Shown here piece after piece: positions 40,294 to 49,501 of a stretch of DNA of 51,533 nucleotides. The notes under the pieces were generated by a model. The model did no database searches, was not told where the DNA came from, and was given only the letters and a program-made list of their open reading frames with translations. Origin of the DNA: an uncultured bacterium. Lineage in GTDB: Bacteria; Fidelibacterota; Marinisomatia; SCGC-AAA003-L08; JACNLC01. Position 1 is the first letter of the stretch; each line of letters starts with the position of its first letter. The stretch covers positions 1 through 51,533 of the forward strand of contig CAZSJY010000004.1 in the NCBI GenBank assembly GCA_964607375.1. The letters are read 5' to 3'. The position numbers and the translations under genes are program-made.

Positions 40294-43200
40294 ATGAAAA
40301 GAGTAATGATAATATTAACAATATTGAGTGCTTACTTTTGTGTAAGTTTCGCTCAATCTGAGGAATTTGAACCTCGGCAACCACATTATTCAGGATACAA
40401 TTGCTCTAATTGTCACAGTTTTGAATTTGGAGGAACTGTATATACTGATGCAAGTGGGGGTTCACCGGTTTCAGGTGTTCAAGTGCAAATTACTGGAAGT
40501 AATGGGAGTACAGCAAACTTTACTACTAATTCTTATGGCAATTTTTGGACATCAAGTTCTTCACCAACACCTCCATATACTACTTCAATTAGTTATAACG
40601 GAAATACTATCTCGATGGTTTCCAGTTTTTCTGATGGGTCGTGCAATGGGTGTCATTCTAATGGATCACGGATTTATGTTCCACCGACACAAAGTCCACC
40701 AACATCAAACTTTACAGGAAATCCAACAAGTGGTGATGTACCTTTGTTAGTCAATTTTACAGATCAATCTTCACAAGGTAGTAGTGCAATAACCAGTTGG
40801 AGTTGGAATTTTGGAGATGGTGGCTCTAGTTCTATTCAGAATCCAACACATACTTACAATTCTGTGGGGACTTTTTCAGTAACTTTAATGGTTACCGATG
40901 CAAGTGGTTTATCTGATTCATTTACTAGAACAAGTTACATAACCGTAAATCAGGCACAGTTTGCACCTCCAACTGCAGAATTTTCAGCAAATCCAATTAC
41001 TGGAAATGCACCTTTGTCAGTGAGTTTTGTCGATTTATCAACACCAGGTGATGGAGCTATCACAAATTGGAATTGGAGTTTTGGAGATGGTGGTTCTAGT
41101 TCTATTCAGAATCCAACACATACTTACAATTTAGCTGGTACTTTCAATGTTAGTTTAACTGTAACTGATTCTAATGGTTTGTCAGATACATTTAATCAAA
41201 CAAATCTAATAACAGTTAATGGAGAACCTACACCAGGTGAGTATGTTTTGATAGCTTGGAGCAAGGGTGGAATGCATTGTATGAATTCTAATTTTGATAA
41301 TTTTATGATTCTTCCACCTGCTAATACTATACAAGCACAATTAATCTATAAAACAGACAATCAATTCCCGGATATTGTTACAGATGGTTATAGAATTGAA
41401 TATTCAATACCGGGGAATACATATTCTGTAGGAAAAACCAATTTTTGGGATTTTGCAAGTGATATATTTGGCACAATGATACCAGAAAATATTGGACTAA
41501 CAGGTAATGGAATGACTGGTGAAATGGAAATTTCAGATAATTATTTTTTAGCTTCTGCAATTCCAATAACACCATTTACTGATTCAGATTGGAATACTTT
41601 AGATCCATATCAATTGATTCATTTGGAAGCATATTCTAATGCAACTGGTGAATTAGTTGCTTCATCTGATGTAACAATTCCTGTAAGTACAGAAATGCAC
41701 TGCGTGGATTGTCATGGTTCTGAAACAAATATATTATTTGACCACGAAGACGAATTTGATCCTAACAATACACCGATTGTTTGTGGAAATTGTCATGCTC
41801 AAAATCCATTAGGATTTCCTGGTATTCCAGAAGCACTCTCATTTTCATATCAAATGCACAAAAAACATGCGAGTGAAGTTGGTCCTGAAAATTCCATTTC
41901 ATCTTGTTATAAATGTCATCCGGGTCCAGAAACTCAGTGTTTGAGGGGTACAATGAATGAAGACTTTGGAATGGTTTGTCAAGATTGCCACGGTACTATG
42001 AATGATGTATGGCAATCTATTGAAAATGGTCGAGAACCTTGGGTAGATGAACCCACCTGTGGGGAATGCCATGGTGAAAACTATGCTGAAGAACCAAATA
42101 CGCTTTACCAAGCATCAAAGGGACACGGAGATATGTTCTGTTCAGCTTGTCATGGTAGTACACATGCTATCTATCCAACTCGAGAAGCAAATGACAACTT
42201 GCAAAGCATAGCACTTCAAGGGCATGCTGGCACAATATCAGAGTGCACAGTTTGTCACTCAAGTGTACCTGGTGGTGCTGGTCCGCACGGATCAGATAAT
42301 CCACCAGACTCACCACCTCCACCCACTAATTTAACTGCTGTAGGAGAAGTAGGAGATTATGATATGGATGGAATTTTTGACAATGCAATTAAATGGTCTT
42401 GGAATCATCAAGATTATACTACTTCTGTAGATTGTAATGGTGATGAAATTCCTGGATGGTGGATTGATGAATTTGTTGGAGATGGAAATTGTGATGTACT
42501 TTTTGATTGCGAAGGATTTGATTTTGATGGAGGAGATTGCTCCGACTTTGAAAATTGTGGGACTTCGTTGGTAATCACAAATACCGGAGATTATGACGAT
42601 GATGGGGAGGAAAATGGTCCTTGTTGGTCAGATAACTCTGCATATTTCTATTTTAGCTGGGAAGGTGGTTGTTTGGCAACAACTCTATATTATAGCGGAG
42701 CTCAAGATGGAATGGATTTAACATCTTACGGATTTACAGATGGTTTTTATTTTTATGGTTTTGATAATGATGTAACAGAAGACTTCACTTTAGATTTTGA
42801 CGACGGTTCAAGTGCAAATCAAACGGCAACTTCAGGTATCTGTGATGCTACAGAATGTGCCGAAGGATATATCCAAGATTGTGTTGATGAAGACTGTATT
42901 ATAGAAAATTGGATTGGAGATGGATATTGTGATGGCATTTCTCAAGAGTGGGGAGCTGATCTTTGTTGTTACGATCTGGATGGTGGAGATTGTACTGAGG
43001 AAGAATGTGCTGATGATGATAGATCTATTGGTGAATCTTCAAAATTTATTAGTGCATCAAAGTTAGATTCGCAAACTGTATCTAAACTTTCAAAAGTGAA
43101 TAGAAATAGAACTCTTAATAATCGTTATGATTATGTTACCTTTGAAATCTCTGTAACTTGGGATGGTGGTGGAAATACTTGGGTTACATCCGGAACAGAA

Positions 43201-44445
43201 TTTTTGGTTTACGGATTTGAACAAGGTGAGATTGGTTGTGCTTCTGTAGTCGCAGTTGGGAATGATGGGACTGTGTCAGAATCTACACCAGAAATATGTG
43301 CAAGTGCTGGTGATCCAGCAGGTGAAACAGAAATTTCCATTGATATGAGTGATGGTTGGAACTGGTTCTCTGTGAATGTTGAAGCAGAAGATATGAGTTT
43401 AGATGCTGTTCTTTTATCACTCGGTAGTGATGCAACTTTGATTAAAAACCAAACCGGTTTTGCAACATATTACGACGACTTTGGATGGTATGGTTTAGAT
43501 TTTATAGATGTAACAAGTATGTATATGATTTTCTTGGAAAATTCAAGTGAACTTGTTTTTGCAGGAACTGCAGTAGATTATGAAAACACACCAATTAGTT
43601 TATCTGAAGGTTGGAACTGGATTGGCTATTTACCACAAGCATCTAATAATCTAGACGAAGCTCTTGATAGTATTGGAGAAAGTGCTTCTATGATAAAAAG
43701 TCAAACTGCTTTTGCTACTTACTATGAAGGTTTTGGTTGGTATGGAATGGATTCTCTCGATCCAGGTGTTGGCTATATGTTAATGATGTCAGAATCAGCA
43801 GAATTAATTTATTCTTCACCGACTACTCTGATTAAGAATGTTGCTGAATTTACAGAACTATACTGGACGGTAAATCCACATCAATATGAGAATAATATGA
43901 CAATGACAGCATACTTTAATGAAATTGGAAAAAGTGATGTTCTTGCAGCGTTTGTAGGTGACGAAATCAGAGGTGTTACTGGTGCAACTTACTTTCCACC
44001 AATTGGGGCACATACTTTCAATCTGATGATATATGGTAATCCAGGTGAAGAAATCCGATTTGTTGTTTATCAATCTTACAAGGATGTTGAAGTTGATATT
44101 GAAGAGAATATTACCTTCGTTAACAATGGTAATTTGGGGAATGATTTTGAACCAGTTATGTTAAAAGTGAAAGTAATTCCGATAGCTTATAATCTTTCTC
44201 AGAATTATCCTAATCCATTCAATCCAACTACTACGATTGAATACGATTTACCACAGGAAACATTCATTACAATTGATATCTACAATGTAATGGGTCAGCG
44301 GATTGATGTATTATTAAACAGCAATCAAGTTGAGGGATGTCATAAAGTTGTATGGAATGCAGATAGTTATCCAAGTGGTATCTATTTTGTTAGAATGGTG
44401 ACAGAAACATTTGAAATGTCAAGGAAGATGCTTCTTGTGAAGTAA
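40294..44445 (+). CDS. secreted nine-heme cytochrome c with 2 PKD, LNR-like Cys repeats, GWNW repeats and C-terminal sorting domain
   Basis: Signal peptide; 9 CxxCH counted; GDGxCD..DGGDC twice; NYPNPFNP..KMLLVK. Confidence 0.87.
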   Translation: MKRVMIILTILSAYFCVSFAQSEEFEPRQPHYSGYNCSNCHSFEFGGTVYTDASGGSPVSGVQVQITGSNGSTANFTTNSYGNFWTSSSSPTPPYTTSISYNGNTISMVSSFSDGSCNGCHSNGSRIYVPPTQSPPTSNFTGNPTSGDVPLLVNFTDQSSQGSSAITSWSWNFGDGGSSSIQNPTHTYNSVGTFSVTLMVTDASGLSDSFTRTSYITVNQAQFAPPTAEFSANPITGNAPLSVSFVDLSTPGDGAITNWNWSFGDGGSSSIQNPTHTYNLAGTFNVSLTVTDSNGLSDTFNQTNLITVNGEPTPGEYVLIAWSKGGMHCMNSNFDNFMILPPANTIQAQLIYKTDNQFPDIVTDGYRIEYSIPGNTYSVGKTNFWDFASDIFGTMIPENIGLTGNGMTGEMEISDNYFLASAIPITPFTDSDWNTLDPYQLIHLEAYSNATGELVASSDVTIPVSTEMHCVDCHGSETNILFDHEDEFDPNNTPIVCGNCHAQNPLGFPGIPEALSFSYQMHKKHASEVGPENSISSCYKCHPGPETQCLRGTMNEDFGMVCQDCHGTMNDVWQSIENGREPWVDEPTCGECHGENYAEEPNTLYQASKGHGDMFCSACHGSTHAIYPTREANDNLQSIALQGHAGTISECTVCHSSVPGGAGPHGSDNPPDSPPPPTNLTAVGEVGDYDMDGIFDNAIKWSWNHQDYTTSVDCNGDEIPGWWIDEFVGDGNCDVLFDCEGFDFDGGDCSDFENCGTSLVITNTGDYDDDGEENGPCWSDNSAYFYFSWEGGCLATTLYYSGAQDGMDLTSYGFTDGFYFYGFDNDVTEDFTLDFDDGSSANQTATSGICDATECAEGYIQDCVDEDCIIENWIGDGYCDGISQEWGADLCCYDLDGGDCTEEECADDDRSIGESSKFISASKLDSQTVSKLSKVNRNRTLNNRYDYVTFEISVTWDGGGNTWVTSGTEFLVYGFEQGEIGCASVVAVGNDGTVSESTPEICASAGDPAGETEISIDMSDGWNWFSVNVEAEDMSLDAVLLSLGSDATLIKNQTGFATYYDDFGWYGLDFIDVTSMYMIFLENSSELVFAGTAVDYENTPISLSEGWNWIGYLPQASNNLDEALDSIGESASMIKSQTAFATYYEGFGWYGMDSLDPGVGYMLMMSESAELIYSSPTTLIKNVAEFTELYWTVNPHQYENNMTMTAYFNEIGKSDVLAAFVGDEIRGVTGATYFPPIGAHTFNLMIYGNPGEEIRFVVYQSYKDVEVDIEENITFVNNGNLGNDFEPVMLKVKVIPIAYNLSQNYPNPFNPTTTIEYDLPQETFITIDIYNVMGQRIDVLLNSNQVEGCHKVVWNADSYPSGIYFVRMVTETFEMSRKMLLVK

Positions 44446-44458
44446 TCTGACTCAAGTA

Positions 44459-44496
44459 AAGAGAGTGGTAGGAAAACCTCCCCCTACCACTCTCTT
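44459..44496 (+). terminator. stem-loop after the nine-heme gene (leaky terminator or RNA stabiliser)
   Basis: 14 bp stem AAGAGAGTGGTAGG/CCTACCACTCTCTT with a poor U tail. Confidence 0.6.
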
Positions 44497-44530
44497 ACTA
44501 CCTTTACCTCAATAATGGAAGGAGCTTTCA

Positions 44531-45004
44531 ATGTTAGTAAATGGAGAAAAAACTAAAGTCTTAGAAGAAATGGAAATCTTCAAAGGAATTTCTAAAGGAG
44601 ATTTGGTTAGAATATCAGATATATCATCTGAAGTTAAATTCCCGAAGAAAAAAGTTGTATTTGAAGTAGGTGACATAGGTGATTATCTAATGGTAATTAT
44701 TCGTGGAAAGGTTAAAGTTCATCGCAATGGAACAATAATTACCAACCTTAGCGCAGGAGCATGTTTTGGTGAGATGTCTATCTTCAGTTAAGAAAAGAGA
44801 TCTGCATCAATTACAACAGAAAGTGAATGCGTTTTATTGAAAATTTCGCAAGATGATTTTTTGCAAGTTCTATCACATAATACTCCATTGTTGAAAAATA
44901 TAATTGGTGTGTTAAGTTCTCGAATTAGAGAAACAAATGATCTCTTATTTCAAAAAATGAGAGATTGTACAGAAATTTGGGAAAAGGGGACAGCACTACA
45001 TTAG
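44531..45004 (+). pseudogene. stand-alone cyclic-nucleotide-binding domain protein interrupted by in-frame TAA (44789-44791)
   Basis: FGEMSIFS*EKRSASITTESECVLLKISQDDF... stays open to TAG at 45002-45004; GGAG RBS. Confidence 0.85.
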
Positions 45005-45019
45005 TAAAAAAAACAATAT

Positions 45020-45952
45020 ATGAATGTTCATGATAATAATAAAATGATGTTAACTTTCGATATCTATGAGGAAGAATATTTGAAAGTTTTCCACAAATTT
45101 ATTTTGATATTATTTTCATTGGCATTACTTACTGTTTCTTTTTGGTTTATTCAAAATGCAGGTGAATATTATTTAATTCCTCTTATCTCTCGGCCACAAC
45201 ATATTGCTCATAATCTGTGGAAACCTAGCGGAATATATGGACATACAGTAGGCATCATTGGCACATTAATGATGGTTTTTATGTTATTGTATTCAATAAG
45301 AAAACGCATAAAATTAATGAGAAGATGGGGCGCATTACCAAATTGGTTAAATTACCACATTGCACTTGGCATTGCTGGACCATTACTAATTACTTTCCAT
45401 ACTTCCTTGAAACTTGGTGGACTTGTTTCAGTAGCATATTGGGCTATGGTTTCTGTAGTTGTTAGTGGATTTATTGGAAGATATATTTACATTCAAATTC
45501 CGCACAATAGCGATGGTAATGAGATTTCATTATCAGAGCTCAAAGAGACTTACAGTAATTTTATAAAATCATTAACAGAGGAATTTAATATCTCTGAGAA
45601 AAATATTAAGTTGATTGAAGAGAATCTCAACATAGATAAAATTTCTCAAAGTAGTTTAACCTCTATATTTTTCCTTTTATATTCAGATATTTTTGGATGG
45701 ATTAAATCTAAAAAAGAGTATAGTAGTCTAATCACGAGATTTGGAGTACCTATATCAAAAACAAAACAATTTAGGAAAATCCTAAAGAAAACTACTAAGA
45801 TATCTCGTCAAATTGCGTTTTGGAATTCTGCACAAAAATTATTTCATTATTGGCATGTGATTCATAAACCATTTGCCTATGCAATGACCTTAATTGTGAT
45901 TTTACATATCACGATTTCATTTATCTTTGGTTATACTGGGTGGTTTCTATGA
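45020..45952 (+). CDS. multi-pass membrane protein, ferric-reductase/cytochrome b-like (start may be TTG 45080)
   Basis: About 5 hydrophobic helices with His at WLNYHIALG, TFHTS, WHVIHKP, ILHITI. Confidence 0.7.
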   Translation: MNVHDNNKMMLTFDIYEEEYLKVFHKFILILFSLALLTVSFWFIQNAGEYYLIPLISRPQHIAHNLWKPSGIYGHTVGIIGTLMMVFMLLYSIRKRIKLMRRWGALPNWLNYHIALGIAGPLLITFHTSLKLGGLVSVAYWAMVSVVVSGFIGRYIYIQIPHNSDGNEISLSELKETYSNFIKSLTEEFNISEKNIKLIEENLNIDKISQSSLTSIFFLLYSDIFGWIKSKKEYSSLITRFGVPISKTKQFRKILKKTTKISRQIAFWNSAQKLFHYWHVIHKPFAYAMTLIVILHITISFIFGYTGWFL

Positions 45953-47262
45953 ACCACGAGCCCATATTTACTTGGTTTCTTGGAATAATAATACTTCTTG
46001 CGTTTGTTATCCCATACATTTACAGTATTAGAAAAAAAGAAACTGAGACTAAACTTAGATTAAAAAAGACCAAATTGTTAGGGCAAGATAAGCCATTTGT
46101 CCAACATCCTATTATAAATCGTTCGGTATGTATAGGGTGTGGTATTTGTGTAGATTCTTGTCCTGAAGGAGATGTTTTAGGATTATTGTATGGTCGGTCA
46201 ACAATTATTCATGGAAGCCATTGTGTTGGTCATGGACAGTGTGCTGCAAACTGCCCAGTAGGTGCTATTGGTGTTGGATTGGGGGATATTAGTGAAAGAG
46301 AAGATATTCCATTACTAACAGAAAACTACGAAACAAATATACCTGGAATCTATATTGTAGGTGAATTAAGTGGTTTTGCGTTAATTAGAAATGCTATTGA
46401 ACATGGTGTGACAGCTGTTGGTCGAATTGCTCAAAATATGAAGAGTCATTCAAAAGAAATGTATGATATTGTAATTGTTGGAGCAGGACCTGCAGGCTTG
46501 GCTGCTGCACTCAAAGCTAAAGAACTTAAACTCAATTACATTGTGATTGACCAATACGAGCCTGGTGGAACAATTTTACATTACCCAAGAAGAAAACTCA
46601 CTTTAGTACAAAGAGTTGCACTTCCACTTTATGGCGAATTAAAGAAATATGAGTACTCAAAAGAAGAACTATTAGACATTTGGACTTCGCTCATCAAAAC
46701 TCATACTCTTAACCTCCAAACAAACTGCAAACTACTAAATGTTACACAACCAAATGGACATTTTTCTGCACGGACAACAGAAGGTGAGTTAAAGACTAAA
46801 AATGTTATTTTAGCACTTGGAAGACGAGGAACTCCTAATAAATTGAATATCCCTGGTGAAGAAACAAGTAAGGTAATGTACAAATTGATTGACGCAGATA
46901 CTTTCAAAGAACAGAATATTATAGTAGTTGGAGGTGGGGATAGTGCGATTGAAGCAGCTATTGGTTTGGCAAGCCAACAAGGAAATCAAGTTTTAGTATC
47001 TTATAGGAAAGCTAATTTTTTCAGACTAAAAGCTCGAAACGAAACAAATCTAGAGAAAATGATGAATGAAAAAAGACTCTCTGTGCTATTCAATTCTAAT
47101 CTTAAAGAAATTAAAACAAAGGATGTCAATATAGATTATTCAGGTGAAACTATCTCAAAACCTAACGATTTTGTATTTGTATTTTCTGGCGGGGAAGTAC
47201 CATTTCCTATACTCCATTCGTTGGGAATTGAATTCGGAAAAAAAATCATACCTAAAGCTTAG
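45940..47262 (+). CDS. membrane-anchored 2x[Fe-S] ferredoxin fused to a thioredoxin-reductase-like FAD/NADPH oxidoreductase
   Basis: N-terminal TM; CIGCGICVDSCP, CVGHGQCAANCP; GAGPAG; GGGDSA and YRK; no CxxC redox pair in the flavoprotein part. Confidence 0.87.
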   Translation: MVSMNHEPIFTWFLGIIILLAFVIPYIYSIRKKETETKLRLKKTKLLGQDKPFVQHPIINRSVCIGCGICVDSCPEGDVLGLLYGRSTIIHGSHCVGHGQCAANCPVGAIGVGLGDISEREDIPLLTENYETNIPGIYIVGELSGFALIRNAIEHGVTAVGRIAQNMKSHSKEMYDIVIVGAGPAGLAAALKAKELKLNYIVIDQYEPGGTILHYPRRKLTLVQRVALPLYGELKKYEYSKEELLDIWTSLIKTHTLNLQTNCKLLNVTQPNGHFSARTTEGELKTKNVILALGRRGTPNKLNIPGEETSKVMYKLIDADTFKEQNIIVVGGGDSAIEAAIGLASQQGNQVLVSYRKANFFRLKARNETNLEKMMNEKRLSVLFNSNLKEIKTKDVNIDYSGETISKPNDFVFVFSGGEVPFPILHSLGIEFGKKIIPKA

Positions 47263-48662
47263 TGGTTAAAAGAGTGAAACACTCTATCATATTACATACT
47301 ATTTTATCGATTGTCTATTCTCAAATATCACCAGGACCCTTAGCTGAATTACATACTCATTTAGAAGGAATTAATAATTGCACTCAATGCCATGAACTAG
47401 GAAAGAAAGAATTAAATAGTGGATGTTTAGATTGCCACACTCCTTTAAAAACTCTAATTGAGAATAAGGTAGGATATCACAAAGACAAGTATGATAATTG
47501 TGAAAAGTGTCACCTAGATCATTATGGCTTTGAATTTAATATGATATTTTGGCCTGATAGTATTCACAATTTTAACCATTCTGAAGCAAATTATGAACTA
47601 AATGGTAAACATCAAAAACTTGATTGTAAACAGTGTCATAACCAAAAATATATTGTTAAAGATGAGGTTATAAATTGGTACAAAGAAAATCAATCAATAA
47701 ATGGACTAAATCGCTCTTTTTTGGGGTTATCACAAAAGTGTTTCACTTGTCATAAGGATTATCATCAAAAACAAGTATCCATAGAATGTCAGAATTGCCA
47801 CGATACTCAAAATTGGAAAAATGCGATTCAAACTTACAATCATGATAAATCGGAATACATACTAGATGGAGCACATATATCTGTAGAATGCGAGAAATGT
47901 CATATTCCTTTTGATAATAATACTCAAATGTGGAATCTTACGATGTTGCAATATGAAAACTGTTTATCTTGTCATGAAGATATTCATTTGTCAAGTTATG
48001 GTAAAAATTGTAAAACTTGCCATTTTACTTCACATTGGACAAAAGAACTAAAGTACTTTGAACACGATTCAACTATGTATAAACTTCGAGGGAAACATAA
48101 AAATGTTGTTTGTCTTAAATGTCATAAAGAAAATGTGAGAGGTGAAAAGTTAGATTTCAAATCGTGTTCTTCTTGTCACATTGATGTACACAAAAAACAG
48201 TTTTCTAAGAAATTATGTGATGAATGCCATACTGTGGAGAGATTTTCTCCATCAACGTATACAATTAGAGATCATAATCAGTCTAAGTACAATCTTGAAG
48301 GTTCTCACATTGCAGTTAAGTGTGATGAATGTCATTTAACTGTAACAGCTGATTCCGCAAAAACAGTTCAATATAACTTTGAAGATCAAAGCTGTATTCA
48401 ATGCCATAAAGATATTCATCGAAATCAGTTTACAAAACACGAATCAGACCAATGTGAGCTTTGCCACAATACGAATTCATTTTCGATAGTTGAGATTGAT
48501 CATAATATTACTTCATACCCATTAGATGGAAAACACCAAAATGTTAATTGCAACGAATGTCATTTTACCATTGATGATGCAATAGGTTCTTTCGTCCAAT
48601 ATACGGGTTTCCCATATCGTTGTGAAGATTGCCATATACTTAAGGAACTAGAAACCAAATGA
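47262..48662 (+). CDS. 17-heme periplasmic cytochrome c (c7/c3-like repeats)
   Basis: 17 CxxCH counted; repeated H...Y.L.G.H..xCxxCH unit; signal peptide before QISPGPL. Confidence 0.92.
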   Translation: MVKRVKHSIILHTILSIVYSQISPGPLAELHTHLEGINNCTQCHELGKKELNSGCLDCHTPLKTLIENKVGYHKDKYDNCEKCHLDHYGFEFNMIFWPDSIHNFNHSEANYELNGKHQKLDCKQCHNQKYIVKDEVINWYKENQSINGLNRSFLGLSQKCFTCHKDYHQKQVSIECQNCHDTQNWKNAIQTYNHDKSEYILDGAHISVECEKCHIPFDNNTQMWNLTMLQYENCLSCHEDIHLSSYGKNCKTCHFTSHWTKELKYFEHDSTMYKLRGKHKNVVCLKCHKENVRGEKLDFKSCSSCHIDVHKKQFSKKLCDECHTVERFSPSTYTIRDHNQSKYNLEGSHIAVKCDECHLTVTADSAKTVQYNFEDQSCIQCHKDIHRNQFTKHESDQCELCHNTNSFSIVEIDHNITSYPLDGKHQNVNCNECHFTIDDAIGSFVQYTGFPYRCEDCHILKELETK

Positions 48663-49501
48663 AGTATTATAAACCATTTATCAGAAATTTTTTTCAACCT
48701 CGATGCATCATTTTTACAGTAATTATATTTCAAATATCAAATACTATACATTCTCAGATTATAGATTTAAACCTACCTTGTGCTGATTGCCATTCAACAA
48801 ATAGTTGGATACCTTTGAGGGCAGATATGCAATTCAATCACGACACTACGAAATTTCCACTAACAGGAAACCACCAAATAGCAGATTGCATTCAATGCCA
48901 CAATGGAACAACAGTTCAAGAAGAACATCAGTTCAAATCTGCCGAAGAAGAGTGTTTTAGTTGTCATTTGGATATTCACTTTTCTGGATTTGGAGATGAC
49001 TGTGAAAGATGCCACAATACATTTAGCTGGAATACAAAAAACTGGGTAATAAAACACGACTTTACTTTATTTCCATTATCTGGAGCACATTCAAGGTTGG
49101 AATGTGATGAATGCCATTTTGAAGGATTTACAATATTACCTAACAATCTATCAACAGACTGTTTGAGTTGTCATAACCAGAATTTTGCAAATTTCCCAGA
49201 TGTTCATGGAGGTAATAATAATTGTATTCAATGTCATAATACTAGAAGCTGGAAGCCTATTGATATGTCACACCACGATTTAATTTTTCCTATTTATTCA
49301 AGTAAACATCGCGGTGAATGGTCTGATTGTTCTGATTGTCATGCCAATAATTCTTACGAATATCAGAACATTTCTTGTGGCCTTAATGGAATCTGTCACG
49401 ACCACAGAAAAAGTAAAATGGACAAGGAACACCGTGACATAAATGGATACTTATACCAAGATCTTGAGTGTTTAAGCTGTCATCCAAACGGTAGTGAATA
49501 A
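48659..49501 (+). CDS. multiheme cytochrome c (9 CxxCH plus 1 CX5CH)
   Basis: Motifs counted in the translation; FPL.G.H repeats; N-terminal hydrophobic segment. Confidence 0.92.
   Translation: MKYYKPFIRNFFQPRCIIFTVIIFQISNTIHSQIIDLNLPCADCHSTNSWIPLRADMQFNHDTTKFPLTGNHQIADCIQCHNGTTVQEEHQFKSAEEECFSCHLDIHFSGFGDDCERCHNTFSWNTKNWVIKHDFTLFPLSGAHSRLECDECHFEGFTILPNNLSTDCLSCHNQNFANFPDVHGGNNNCIQCHNTRSWKPIDMSHHDLIFPIYSSKHRGEWSDCSDCHANNSYEYQNISCGLNGICHDHRKSKMDKEHRDINGYLYQDLECLSCHPNGSE

Noticed and set aside
34761-45004. TAA stop-codon reassignment or selenocysteine/pyrrolysine
   Set aside because: TAA ends many intact genes here, including 40131 and 44445; Sec and Pyl use TGA and TAG.
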